A stretch of 64,000 nucleotides of DNA, from assembly GCF_032444005.1 (NCBI RefSeq), contig NC_091287.1, positions 64,294,001 to 64,358,000 on the forward strand, in the 5' to 3' direction. Within the stretch, counting starts at the first letter, position 1. The number at the start of each line of letters is the position of its first letter. This document shows, one piece after another, positions 11,611 to 24,126 of the stretch. The position numbers and the translations under genes were made by a program. The DNA is from Ranitomeya imitator (taxonomy: Eukaryota). A model generated the notes under the pieces. It was given only the letters and a program-made list of their open reading frames with translations, did not search any database and was not told the origin of the DNA.

Positions 11611-13394
11611 TAGCCTTAGTGCATCACAAATCGCACATGGACTTAAAAAAAAAACAAAAAAAAAAACAAAAAAAAAAAAAAACACTCAGCATGCACTTTT
11701 CTGGTTTATTTTACAGACCAGAGTAATTTCAGCTCTGGCACCCATTAACGATGCAGACGAGCCTTTATTTTGATCAAAAAAACTTTAATGGACATGCCAA
11801 AACCCCCAAAAAGTGTTTCCCCTTTATTTGATAAGGGGAAAGAAGGGTGATTTGAATTATTTAAATTATTCGTTACATTATCTTTTAATCCCCTTAGACA
11901 ACTTTCAGTGATTCTGCAATCTATAGTAAAAACCAATCTGATATTGAATCAATCTTCAGTGGAATAACAAAATGAAGGGACCCATAACCCCTGTGATCAC
12001 AAAGCAGAGGTCAGTTGGGACCCGATGCGAATGAGCACTGGCGAATGTTTCACTGAAATGTTGCTGTCAGTTTGACAGCAGCATCTAATATTGATAGCAG
12101 CATCTAAATGGTCAACAGCCTTGGCAAGACTTCAGCCTCCCCCTGTGTGGAGCACCACCCAAGGCGTTAATCCACTTCCTAATGCAGGAAGGAATAAGAA
12201 AAGAAAAGGCTGCATAACTTTCTACCCTCAATGTACAGCAGTAATATTTTATTCTATATACAGATGGTCATTAATAAAGTCAGTAATGATGCCCTAATAG
12301 CATTTTAGGAGTAACAAATCTTTAAAACCTGATACATGTTGTTTAATGTTATGATAACACTACAAAAAGAAAACAACATGATCCCATATTAATACAAAAA
12401 AAAACCATAATATAATAAAACCTACTGTGGTAGAAAAGACTTTCCACCAACACATTCAAAACATATTACATCGGTGCATAAAACTTTGAGGGAGGAATTA
12501 CAAGAGGTGACAGCTTTGAAGTTTCTGGTAGAGACGGGCTAGAAGGTTTCTTAAGAGTGGCATCATTAACTATATAATTGGAATTAGTGCAATTTTCTCC
12601 TCAATCAGCTTCACTACTGTCAAAGACAACCTGTCACAGTTTTATTTATTACCACCAAAAGCCACTAAAATACATATTAAGTTGTGTTCCCCTTCCCTTA
12701 ATTATTTCATATATTCAACATGTTTTATCGTTTATATATCTGTCATATTTATTTTGTAATTTATTTCACACATTGTGCCCTCACATAAGTTGATAAACAT
12801 CTGAAGGGCTTTTATCCTGCAGATGTCCACTGTGACTGGCATATTAGTCCCAGTCCCATACGGCCTGCACTGCTGACTGGGCCTGCCTTCTCTGCATCAG
12901 GTAATCACATGATTCGGGTTCAGTGAAGGAAGTACTTTTAGCTCTTTCTATACTGTATACACAGCCTTTATTCAGTGTTGTGTATATAGTTAACAGAAAG
13001 GCAGAAATGGTAATAAATCATCTCGGCCTGCTCTACAGTGAGGCTGGCTGTGTGACAGCTAGTTCTCCGCTCCTGCATGATACGATTTCAGCAGCTGCTG
13101 ACTTCATAATAATGTTCAAAAAAGTCAGCCATATGCGGACTGTACCAACTGCTTAAAAGTTGACGGGTGTCTGGAAACCGTTATCCCCACCTCTGCCGTT
13201 CATGGCCGCTGCGCTGTTCCCGAAACTCCCAATTATTTTTATGGCAGTTGCACAAATTGGAGTACAGCTGCACATGGTTGTTATTGTAATCCCAACCGAA
13301 GTGGTGGGGAATTAGATACAGTTATTACACCGTGGCCATGGAAGACCGAGATGGGAATAATCCTTTAAAGTGTGAACATATATTCCCCTTAAAG

Positions 13395-13915
13395 GGAATC
13401 TGTCACCCCAAAATTTGCCTATAAGCTGCGGCCACCAGCATCAGGGGCTTATCTATAGCATTCTGTAATGCTGTAGATAAGCCCCCGATGTATCCTGAAA
13501 GAGAAGAAAAACAAGTAAGATTATACTCACCCAGGGGCGGTCCCGATGTGGTTCGGTCCGATGGGTGTCTGGGTTTGGCGCCTCCCATCTTCATACGATG
13601 ATGTCCTCTGCTTCCTGCCGCAGCTCCTGTGCAGGCGTACTATATGTTATGTATTACCTGTTGAGGGCAGAGCAAAGTACTGCAGTGCACAGGAGCTGGG
13701 CCTCTCTGACCTTTCCCTGCGCACTGCAGTACTTTGCTCTGCCCTCAACAGGTAAAACAGATAACAGATAAAGTACGCCTGCACAGGAGCCGCGGCAGGA
13801 AGCAAAGAAGAGGACGTCATCGTATGAAGATGGAAGGCGCCAAACCCAGACGCCCATCGGACCAGACCACACCGGAACCGCCCCTGGGTGAGTATAATCT
13901 AACTTGTTTTTCTTT
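13395..13915. mobile_element. T2-MITE/Kolobok-like element, truncated
   Basis: TTAA-AGGGAATCTGTCAC left end; internal palindrome with atactcacc and ggtgagtat. Confidence 0.65.
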
Positions 13916-14790
13916 CAAGTGAACCTCAACACAAACCCCAACACAAACCCTAACCCTAAAACACAAACTCTAACCCAAACCCTCACCCTAGCCCTAACCC
14001 TAGGGATCCTAACCCTTATGGTTAGGGTTTGGGGGTGGCTTATCAGTGTGTATTCTTGTGTTTTTCTATAAAAACGCATGCAAACGCATGTGCTTAAAAA
14101 CGCATGCGTTTACATAGACATCAATAGGTTTTTTTGCCGCAAAAAAACGCCGCTAAAATTACTACATGTTGCACTTGTGCAACACAACGCATGCAGAGAA
14201 AAACGCATGCGTTGCAAAAACGCGTCAAAACGCATGCAAAAAAACGCATGCGTTTTTAATGTTATGTATAGGGAAAAAACGCATGCGTTTTTTTGCGCAA
14301 AAACGCAAAAAAAAAAACGCAAATGTGAAACCAGCCTAAGTGCGCGCCCTCTGCTGAGCGTCAGTGCTGGAGACGGAGCCGCACGAGGAGCAGGTAAATA
14401 TTGAAAGCGCCGGCGTCCTGAGCGAAGAGAGGAGAGTATGTGATTTTTTTTTTTTTTATTGCAGCAGCATTATATATGGAGCATCTATGGGGCCATAATC
14501 AACGGTGCAGAGCAATATATATGGGGCACAACTTTCTATGGAGCATCTATGGGGCCATAATGAACGGTGCAGAGCATTATATACGGCACAGCTTTATGTG
14601 GAGCATCTATGGGGCCATAATGAACGGTATGGAGCATCTATTTTTATTTTTGAAATTCACCGGTAGCTGCTGCATTTCCCACCCTAGGCTTATACTCGAG
14701 TCAATAAGTTTTCCCAGTTTTTTGTGGCAAAATTAGGGGGGGGGTCGGCTTATACTTGGATCGGCTTATACTCGAGTATATACGGTATAA

Positions 14791-15180
14791 AGGCATTGTA
14801 GCATGATCGGATCTATAATAGCTGTATATTCATTTTACTTAGCAACATAAATTTATTGAGAAGAAAAAAAATTATTCCTCAAAATGGCTCCGGCTGCGCA
14901 GTAGCATAATTTGGAACGTGATAGATGCTATTGTACAGGAGCCATCACCAGCCCCATTTTGCTAGAGGGAAAAAAAAAACCCAAAACATTCTATTCATCA
15001 AGATGGCGCCACCTGCACAAGGGCATTTATCAGATCGCCGATAGATGCCACTGCGCAGTAGCATCTATCGTGTTCCGAATAATGCTACTGCGCCATTTTG
15101 AGGAAAACTTTCTCAACAAATTTATCTCTCTAAGTAAATGGATATATGGATATTAGAGATCCGATCATGCTACAATGCAG
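14791..15180. mobile_element. MITE with ~24-bp inverted ends
   Basis: gcattgtagcatgatcggatct...agatccgatcatgctacaatgc. Confidence 0.6.
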
Positions 15181-15323
15181 GCGCCACCGCCTGTATGATG
15201 AATGTAATTTTTTTTTTTCCAAAACAATAAGATACAGTATGTAAAATAGGGGGCAAGTCCCTGCGGGATCAGTGACCTGTCATAAGCCATACGGATGAAT
15301 ATGTAAGCAGAGCACCACATTAA

Positions 15324-15684
15324 GGGTATGTGCAGACGTTGCGGATTGGGCCCTGCGGATCCGAAGCAGTTAACCATGCATTGTACAGTACCAAGTAAAC
15401 GTGTGCAAAACAAAATCTGCAGTGCACATGCTGTGGAAAATTCAGTGCGGAAACACTTCGGTTTATTTTCTGCAGCATGTCAATTCTTTGTGCGGTTTCC
15501 GCAGTGCTTTACACCTATTCCATAATAGGAATCCGCAGGTGTAAAAACGCAAGTGAAATCTGCACAAAAACTGCACTAAATCCGTAGGGAACCCGCAGGT
15601 AAAACACAGGGCGTTTTACCTGTGGATTCTGCAGAATCCGTGCGAAAAAATTCGCAATGGAATCCGCAACGTGTGCACATACCC
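15324..15684. mobile_element. PIF/Harbinger-like MITE, followed directly by a truncated second MITE at 15688
   Basis: TIRs gggtatgtgca...tgcacataccc; flanks TAA and TTA. Confidence 0.8.
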
Positions 15685-16533
15685 TTAGGCTATGTGCACA
15701 CAATGAAGCTTTTGTGGTGTTTTTCTACACAGAAATGGGCCAAAAACGCTATGGAATCCTTATGCAAGCTGTGTTGTGCACATGATCAGCAATTTTTCTT
15801 AAGTATTTGCAGGGCGTTTTTTTTTTTGGAGCATGTCAATGCGTTTCTGCAACACTTTTCACCCATTGACTTCAATTGAGTAAGTCAAATCTGCAGCAAA
15901 ACCGCAGGTATAAAGAACTTTCTCACGCAGCAGTGGTGCCATAAGGGAGATCACAGGAGCAGATCAGCTGGTGAACTCCAACGGCAGCTCAGTGATACAC
16001 TGCGGGAGCGATTACCTCCTGTCAGTGTCTATGAGAGCAGTCACATGACTGATGTGAAAGCTCTCTAAGTGATCAGGATCGTCGTGGGACATTATGGGTT
16101 ATCTTCTCAGCAGACAGGTGAAGAATATTGTGGTACATTTCATTTTTGTTGTAGGAGGCGTTGGCGTCGGTGGATTACGCGTTCAGTGAGTATGGTTTAA
16201 TTAAGATTCATTAAAGGAGTCTGACATTATTTCAAATAAAGGACTTTATTCTGGATGTCTGTTTTATACAATATCACTATGGGGTTACTAATGGATAGGT
16301 GTGTTATAGACGCCTCAACCTGTGGGCTTGATGTCACCCAACAATACAAAGGTGACATCAACCACACACACATATGAACCTCACTTGCCACCACTACAGG
16401 GCAAGTGGGAAGCGGAAGGCTAAACGCCAGATTTGGCGCATCTTATAGAAGCGCCTTTTCTGAAGCAGCTGAGATGATTATGTTTTTTAGTCTGGGAGGG
16501 GCCAATATCCATGACCCCTCCCTAGGCTATTAA

Positions 16534-16671
16534 CCCCTTCATGACCCTTCAGTGTTCGTTTTTCAAAACAGCTGACATGTTGCGGCTTTGATGTGGGTTC
16601 ACCGCCGGAGCCCACATCAAAGCAGGGGATCTGACCTCGGACGTACTATCCCGTCTGAGGTCAGAAAGGGG
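16534..16671. mobile_element. 138-bp piggyBac-like mini-element
   Basis: TTAA-CCCCTT...AAGGGG-TTAA; shares the gacgtactatcccgtc box with the large elements. Confidence 0.75.
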
Positions 16672-16976
16672 TTAATATCAGCCCACAGCTGTCCGCCTAG
16701 CCTTTGCTGGTTAGATTTTATATGGGACTCAATTTTTTCTGGTGTCCCCCTGTAAATTAGCCAGTAAGGGCTAAGCAAACAGCCGTGAGCTTATATTAAT
16801 AGCCTAGGAACCTTTATGGCTACTGGCTCCTTCCCAGATTATCATCAACCCTCAGCCTTCCCTCTGCTGGTTACTAAAATTATGCGGGAGCCCAAGCAAT
16901 TTTTTTTTTCTTTAGAATGAACAGATGCTGTCTGGTTAATGTTTGTGTGCGTTTGTTTTGTCAACACTCCTACATA

Positions 16977-17456
16977 ATATGTAAAAAAGGGAAAAAATCT
17001 TCAGCTCACCCAAATGGAGTCCAAATTCCAAGAAGAAATCCGAGCAAGGATCAAGCGTGCAGCCAACAACGTCATGGATACAAAAGAAACGAGGGAGATC
17101 CAGCTCCAGGAAGGGAAATAGTCTCTGATAAAATCCAAAATAGCTTTATTGTCATGAAAAAATTTAAAATGTGGACTCCAATGACAAGTGGTATAACAAA
17201 GGAATCACATAGCAGCTCTCACTGCACTGAACGCGTTTCGAACACAGCTGTGTTCTTAGTCCTTAGTATATACTGAGGACTAAGAACACAGCTGTGTTCG
17301 AAACGCGTTCAGTGCAGTGAGAGCTGCTATGTGATTCCTTTGTTATACCACTTGTCATTGGAGTCTACATTTTAAATTTTTTCATGACAATAAAGCCATT
17401 TTGGATTTTATCAGAGACTATTTCCCTTCCTGGAGCTGGATCTCCCTCATTTCTTT
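16977..17456. mobile_element. Penelope-like retro-insertion forming a near-perfect palindrome with hammerhead-like motifs
   Basis: 14-bp TSD aacactcctacata (16963 and 17457); ~187-bp inverted arms centred at ~17270; gaacacagctgtgttc-gaaacgcgtt and AATAAA in each arm. Confidence 0.7.
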
Positions 17457-18777
17457 AACACTCCTACATAGGCTGGTGACAATGTGTGCGTTACTGTTTA
17501 CTTATTGGCTTCTTAATAAGGGAGTCGGGCTGACAACTTTTCATTACTAAGCATAAAGCTAGGTGTCAATGACAGATGCCGACACCAAGCGCTAACCCGT
17601 TACTCTGATGCCAGTACATGTTGAACAAAAATTACATCACAAAACTTAAAAAAAAAAAAATCTTTAGCTCAAAAAAGCCTTCATTCCTGTACAAAAACAC
17701 GCGTTTTTGCAGAAGTATTTTTCCTTCTGAGATGCAGAAACCTTGCAGAAATTTCCTCAGGCAAATACTCAATGTGGGCACATCAAACTACAAATAAAGA
17801 TTAAACAGCCACAAGAAGGATTTCATCAACCAAGTCATCATTTTAATCAGTATAACAGCACCAACCTGGCACTGTATGTAGGTTACTAAGCACAATCCTG
17901 CGGACAAGTTCACTTTAAAGGATTATTCTCTAAAATCCTCAGGTGCACACTGTGCATTGCCTCCTGGCTTCCAGTTAGCTGGGTGGCAGTGGTCTAATGA
18001 AGATTGACGGGTTGGCACATCACTATCGATGCCCCAATCTTTGTTCCTTTGGATGTTATTGGCAAATCAGCTTTGTCTCTGCAGCACAGAGGAATGCAGG
18101 AGTACTGAAGCTGTGTATTAAACCACGCACCCCTTGCTTAAGACACCGGCCACCTCTGACACACTGTAGAGGGGGAGTGGTGAACAGCTATAGAATTAAA
18201 AATCCTTCTGTGGGTGGAGACTTTAAAAGTTTTCAGCAGTTAAGAGATGAAACCCAGCTACCACATACAGTAAGTACTTTTTCAGTACCTTCAATTGAGA
18301 CACGCATGGCATAAACATAAGTCCCTTACATAATCATTTATTGTTTTCTGTGATTGGAAACCAGGATCGTGTCGCTGGTGCAATTTCTAGATTTTATTAA
18401 CTACTCCTTTCCCAGGTTATAGATAAGCATCCGATGAAGCTTAAAGATAAATGGTAGCATGCGGTTGGGAAAGAGCAGTGGGATGACATATCCTCGATTC
18501 CCAAGCTGTCTCATAGTGAGGCATAAAGGCTGTCACAGATGTACCTGCTGCATCTGCTCTACAGGACTCCCAATTCCTGCATAAAATTGGGGTAAGAGGA
18601 TGACTTGTGCCTGAGATGCGGTTTGGGCCCTGTTGATTTGCTACATATGCTTTTGTCAAGTGGTTCCATCTGGAATTTCTGGACACGTGGTGTTTACGGT
18701 TGGAATTCCCACGCATCCTCTGGTTTGTGTCTTGGGTTTTGTGGACAGGGTTGCTGAAGATGCAAATATGACACCAA

Positions 18778-19437
18778 GGCTTCTTTCACACTTCAGTCTT
18801 TTTGTTTCAGTCAAAATCCGTAGTTTTGTAAAAAAAAAAAAAAAAAAAACATCCAGCTAATTTGTCCACTGGATCCGTCTTTCTCTCAGACAAAGTAACG
18901 TTTTTTGTCTGTGTCGAAAAGTCAGACAGCGACGGATCCAGCGGCATCTGTCGTTGGCTAGAAAGGAAGTCTAAGGACGAAGGATCAGTTGCTGTCCGTC
19001 GACGGACTCTTTTTTTTTTTTTTTTTACACTGAGCATGCTCCAAATCTGTATTTAGTAGCCAGTTGGGCAGACAGCCCCAAATCTATATAAACCTGCCAT
19101 GTGGCTTCATTCCTCAATGTGCCAGCAAGGAGCATACAAGCAAGAAGCCTGCCAGCAACCTGCCTGATGGATAGATGCATAGATGGTCACAATATTTGCT
19201 AGAACTCCTTCCATTTCTGCCACTTGCAATACAACCTCTCAAAGATGGGGTGTTAGACACTCAATATACAGGTTTCCATTATTTTCCAGTAGCCAATCAC
19301 GTTTGAGAGCCTCCCATTTGGAGAGATGGAAAAAAACAGATGCGACGGATCCTGTTGGATCCGTTGTTTTCGTCTTTCACTATTTGACGGATCCGTCGCG
19401 ACGACTGATGCCAGAAGACTGAAGTGTGAAAGAGGCC
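18778..19437. mobile_element. PIF/Harbinger-like MITE
   Basis: TIRs ggcttctttcacacttcagtc...gactgaagtgtgaaagaggcc. Confidence 0.7.
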
Positions 19438-21220
19438 TTAAAAGAACGTTGTATCAAGGCAAAAAAAATTATAGCAGCAAACTGGTTGGACAACGCGCCA
19501 AAAACATTTAGGGGCCTTTATGGAAAAAATGAATCTACTGCTATGTCTGGAAGAAGGAGTATATCATAAGAGAGCCCTGGATAAATTCTGTAAAATATGG
19601 GAGTACTGGAAAATTCACCAAGGCATGGATATTATGTCCTTACTTGGGGGTGCTGGGTTTCCCTATTGTCCTTCCTGTTTCAGGTGAAAATAAAGAACTT
19701 GGGAGACTTGAGACTTATTTTTCATAATGTTTATTTCCACATTATTCAGCTTAACCCCTCTGTGACCTTAGACGTACTATCCCGTCGAGGTGCCCTGGGC
19801 TTATCTGACCCTGGACGGGATAGTACGTCATAGCCGATCGGCCGCGCTCACGGGGGGAGCGCGGCCGATCGCGGCCGGGTGTCAGCTGCTTATCGCAGCT
19901 GACATCCGGCACTATGTGCCAGGAGCGGTCACGGACCGCCCCCGGCACATTAACCCCTGGCACACCGCGATCAAAGATGATCGCGATGTGCCGGCGGTGC
20001 AGGGAAGCACCGCGCAGGGAGGGGGCTCCCTGCGGGCTTCCCTGAGACCCCCGGAGCAACGCGATGTGATCGCGTTGCTGCGAGGGTCTCACCTCCCTCC
20101 CTGCTCCCTCCAGCCCCGGATCCAAGATGGCCGCGGATCCGGGTCCTGCAGGGAGGGAGGTGGCTTCACAGAGCCTGCTCAGAGCAGGCACTGTGAAGCC
20201 TGCAGCGCTGCATGTCAGATCAGTGATCTGACAGAGTGCTGTGCAAACTGTCAGATCACTGATCTGTGATGTCCCCCCCTGGGACAAAGTAAAAAAAAAA
20301 TTTTCCAAATGTGTAAAAAAAATTAAAAAAAATATTCCAAAACAATGAAAAAAAAATATATATATATTATTCCCATAAATACATTTCTTCATCTAAATAA
20401 AAAAAAAACCAATAAAAGTACACATATTTAGTATCGCCGCGTCCGTAACGACCCGACCTATAAAACTGTCCCACTAGTTAACCCCTTCAGTAAACACCGT
20501 AAGAAAAAAAAAAAAAAAACGAGGCAAAAAACAACGCTTTATTATCATACCGCCGAACAAAAAGTGGAATAACACGCGATCAAAAGGACAGATATAAATA
20601 ACCATGGTACCGCTGAAAGCGTCATATTGTCCCGCAAAAAAAGAGCCACCATACAGCATCATCAGCAAAAAAATAAAAAAGTTATAGTCCTGAGAATAAA
20701 GCGATGCAAAAATAATTATTTTTTCTGTAAAATAGTTTTTATCGTATAAAAGCGCCAAACCATAAAAAAATGATATAAATGAGGTATCGCTGTAATCGTA
20801 CTGACCCGAAGAATAAAACTGATTTATCAATTTTACCAAACGCGGAACGGTATAAACGCCTCCCCCAATAGAAATTCATGAATAGCTGGCTTTTGGTCAT
20901 TCTTCCTCACAAAAATCGGAATAAAAAGCGATCAAAAAATGTCACGTGCCCAAAAATGTTTTCAATAAAAACGTCAACTCGTCCCGCAAAAAACAAGACC
21001 TCACATGACTCTGTGGACCAAAATATGGAAAAATTATAGCTCTCAAAATGTGGTATTGCAAAAAATATTTTTTGCAATAAAAAGGGTCTTTCAGTGTGTG
21101 ACGGCTGCCAATCATAAAAATCCGCTAAAAAACTCGCTATAAAAGTAAATCAAACCCCCCCTTCATCACCCCCTTAGTTAGGGAAAAATAAAAAAAAATG
21201 TATTTATTTCCATTTTCCCA

Positions 21221-21455
21221 TTAGGGCTAGGGTTAGGGCTAGGGTTAGGGCTAGGGTTAGGGCTAGGGTTGGGGCTAGGGTTGGGGCTAGGGCTGGGGCT
21301 AAAGTTAGGGTTAGGGCTAAAGTTAGGGTTAGGGTTTAGATTACATTTACAGTTGGGAATAGGGTTGGGATTAGGGTTAGGGGTGTGTCAGGGTTAGAGG
21401 TGTGGTTAGGGTTACCGTTGGAATTAGGGTTAGGGGTGTGTTTAGATTAGGGTTT
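21221..21455 (+). repeat. Telomere-like tract (TTAGGG/CTAGGG and degenerate units) inside the element
   Basis: ttagggctagggttagggct... read directly. Confidence 0.9.
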
Positions 21456-21464
21456 CAGTTATAA

Positions 21465-22965
21465 TTGGGGGGTTTCCACTGTTTCGGCACATCAGGGGCT
21501 CTCCAAACACGACATGGCGTCCGATCTCAATTCCAGCCAATTCTGCGTTGAGAAAGTAAAACAGTGCTCCTTCCCTTCCGAGCTCTCCTGTGTGCCCAAA
21601 CAGGGGTTTACCCCAACATATGGGGTATCAGCGTACTCAGGACAAATTGGACAACAACTTTTGTGGACCAATTTCTCCTGTTACCCTTGGGAAAATACAA
21701 AACTGGGGGCTAAAAAATAATTTTTGTGGGAAAACAAAAAGATTTTTTATTTTCACGGCTCTGCGTTATAAACTGTAGTGAAACACTTGGGGGTTCAAAG
21801 TTCTCACAACACATCTAGATAAGTTCATTGAGGGGTCTAGTTTCCAATATGGGGTCACTTGTGGGGGGTTTCTACTGTTTAGGTACATTAGGGGCTCTGC
21901 AAACGCAATGTGACGCCTGCAGACCAATCCATCTAAGTCTGCATTCCAAATGATGCTCCTTCCCTTCCGAGCCCTCCCATGCGCCCAAACGGTGGTTCCC
22001 CCCCCACATATCGGGTATCAGCGTACTCAGGACAAATTGGACAACAACATTTAGGGTCCAATTTCTCCTGCTAACCTTGGAAAAATACAAAACTGGGGGC
22101 TAAAATATAATTTTTGTGGAAAAAAAAATATTTTTTATTTGCATGGCTCTGCGTTATAAACTGTAGTGAAGCCCTTGGTGGGTCAAAGTGCTCACCACAC
22201 ATCCAGATAAGTTCCTTAGGGGGTCTACTTTCCAAAATGGTGTCACTTGTGGGGGGTTTCAATGTTTAGGCACATCAGTGGCTCTCCAAACGCAACATGG
22301 CGTCCCATCTCAATTCCTGTCAATTTTGCATTGAAAAGTCAAACGGCGCTCCTTCCCTTCCGAGCTCTCCCATGCGCCCAAACAGTGGTTTACTGCCACA
22401 TATGGGGTATCAGCGTACTCGGGACAAATTGGACAACAACTTTTGAGGTCCAATTTCTTCTCTTACCCTTGGAAAAATAAAAAATTGGGGGCAAAAATAT
22501 AATTTTTGTGAAAAAATATGATTTTTTATTTTTACGGTTCTGCATTATAAACTTCTGTGAAGCACTTGGTGGGTCAAAGTGCTCACCACACCTCTAGATA
22601 AGTTCCTTAGGGGGTCTACTTTCCAAAATGGTGTCACTTGTGGGGGGTTTCAATGTTTAGGCACATCAGTGGCTCTCCAAACGCAACATGGCGTCCCATC
22701 TCAATTTCTGTCAATTTTGCATTGAAAAGTCAAACTGCGCTCCTTCCCTTCCGAGCTCTCCCATGCGCCCAAACAGTGGTTTACTGCCACATATGGGGTA
22801 TCAGCGTACTCAGGACAAATTGGACAACAACTTTTTGGGTCCAATTTCTCCTGTTAACCTTGGTAAAATAAAACAAATTGGAGCTGAAGTAAATTTTTTG
22901 TGTAAAAAAGTTAAATGTTCATTTTTATTTAAACATTCCAAAAATTCCTATTAAACACCTGAAGG
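21465..22965 (+). repeat. Four ~390-bp tandem units inside copy 1
   Basis: Anchor ggggggtttc recurs at ~21468, 21862, 22250, 22640; identical short ORFs are offset by 391 bp. Confidence 0.85.
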
Positions 22966-23786
22966 GTTAATAAACTTCTTGAATGTGGTTTTGAGCACCT
23001 TGAGGGGTGCAGTTTTTAGAATGGTGTCACACTTGGGCATTTTCTATCATATAGACCCCTCAAAATGACTTCAAATGAGACGTGGTCCCTAAAAAAAAAT
23101 GGTGTTGTAAAAATGAGAAATTGCTGGTCAACTTTTAACCCTTATAACTCCCTAACAAAAAAAAAATTGGTTCCAAAATTATGCTGATGTAAAGGAGACA
23201 TGTGGGAAATGTTACTTATTAAGTATTTTGTGTGACATATCTCTGTGATTTAATTGCATAAAAATTCAAAGTTTGAAAATTGCGAAATTTTCAAAATTTT
23301 CGCCAAATTTCCGTTTTTTTCACAAATAAACGCAGGTACCATCAAAGAAATTTTACCACTATCATGAAGTACAATATGTCACGAGAAAACAATGTCAGAA
23401 TCACCAGGATCCGTTGAAGCGTTTCGGAGTTATAACCTCATAAAGGGACAGTGGTCAGAATTGTAAAAATTGGCCTGGTCATTGACATGCAAACCACCCT
23501 TGGGGGTAAAGGGGTTAAATACGTTGGTTAATATAAGATACTTGCTAATTGCTGTGTGGTCCAGAACAAAGGGGTGGGTTGGATGGGTGTTCTCTTTTGT
23601 TGTGTTGAAAAATTCGATACAAATGTTATCTGATTGCAAAACAAAAATCCTTATGTTCTTGAGAACAGAGAGCATTTTTACAAAGATAAATTGCCAAACT
23701 CTCCAAATGTCAGAAACAGAGACAATCCATGGAAGTCTTATCTAGATTACTGGCCATATAACATTGGAGGATGCAAGAGCTTCTAC

Positions 23787-23825
23787 AGACACAACTGAGG
23801 GTACTTTGCTGTACATAGAAATACT

Positions 23826-23860
<35 letters not shown>

Positions 23861-23978
23861 CTTTATTTTTATATAGCGCTAACATATTCCGCAGCGCTTT
23901 ACAGGTTGCACACATTATCGTCGCTGTCCCTGTTGGGGCTCACAATCTAAATTCCCTATCAGTATGTCTTTGGAATGT

Positions 23979-24009
<31 letters not shown>

Positions 24010-24126
24010 ACGCAAACACGGAGAGAACATACAAACTCTTTGCAGATGTTGTCCTTGGCGGGGCTTGAACCCAGGACCCCAGCGCTGCAAGGCTGCTGTG
24101 CTAACCACTGTGCCACCATGCTGCCC
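23787..24126 (-). mobile_element. tRNA-headed SINE with an L2-like tail (V-SINE-like)
   Basis: Minus strand head gggcagcatggtggcacagtggttagc with B-box ggttcaag; (TTA)n tail. Confidence 0.8.

Larger units (their letters stand above)
19755..23514 (+). mobile_element. Large non-autonomous piggyBac-like element, copy 1 (3.76 kb)
   Basis: TTAA on both sides, CCCCT...AGGGG ends; no transposase ORF; near-identical inverted copy at 49686-54242. Confidence 0.8.

Noticed and set aside
12440-12610. Ser/Pro-rich open frame on the minus strand (GENCTNSNYIV...)
   Set aside because: No convincing splice sites bracket it and it is preceded by an in-frame stop.
21221-21455. True chromosome end or telomere fusion site
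   Set aside because: The tract is short, mixed with CTAGGG, and lies at the same internal position in two copies of a TTAA-flanked element.
22247-22871. Repeated 77-aa ORFs (MWGVSMFRHISG...) as a gene family
   Set aside because: They are translations of the 390-bp tandem unit, with no protein motif, and are not kept in all units.
21465-22965. Regular tandem units as a CRISPR array
   Set aside because: Units are ~390 bp near-identical repeats with no unique spacers and no cas genes, in a vertebrate context.
23975-24126. tRNA gene
   Set aside because: It is the tRNA-derived head of a SINE, continuous with the SINE body and tail and lacking a full cloverleaf.
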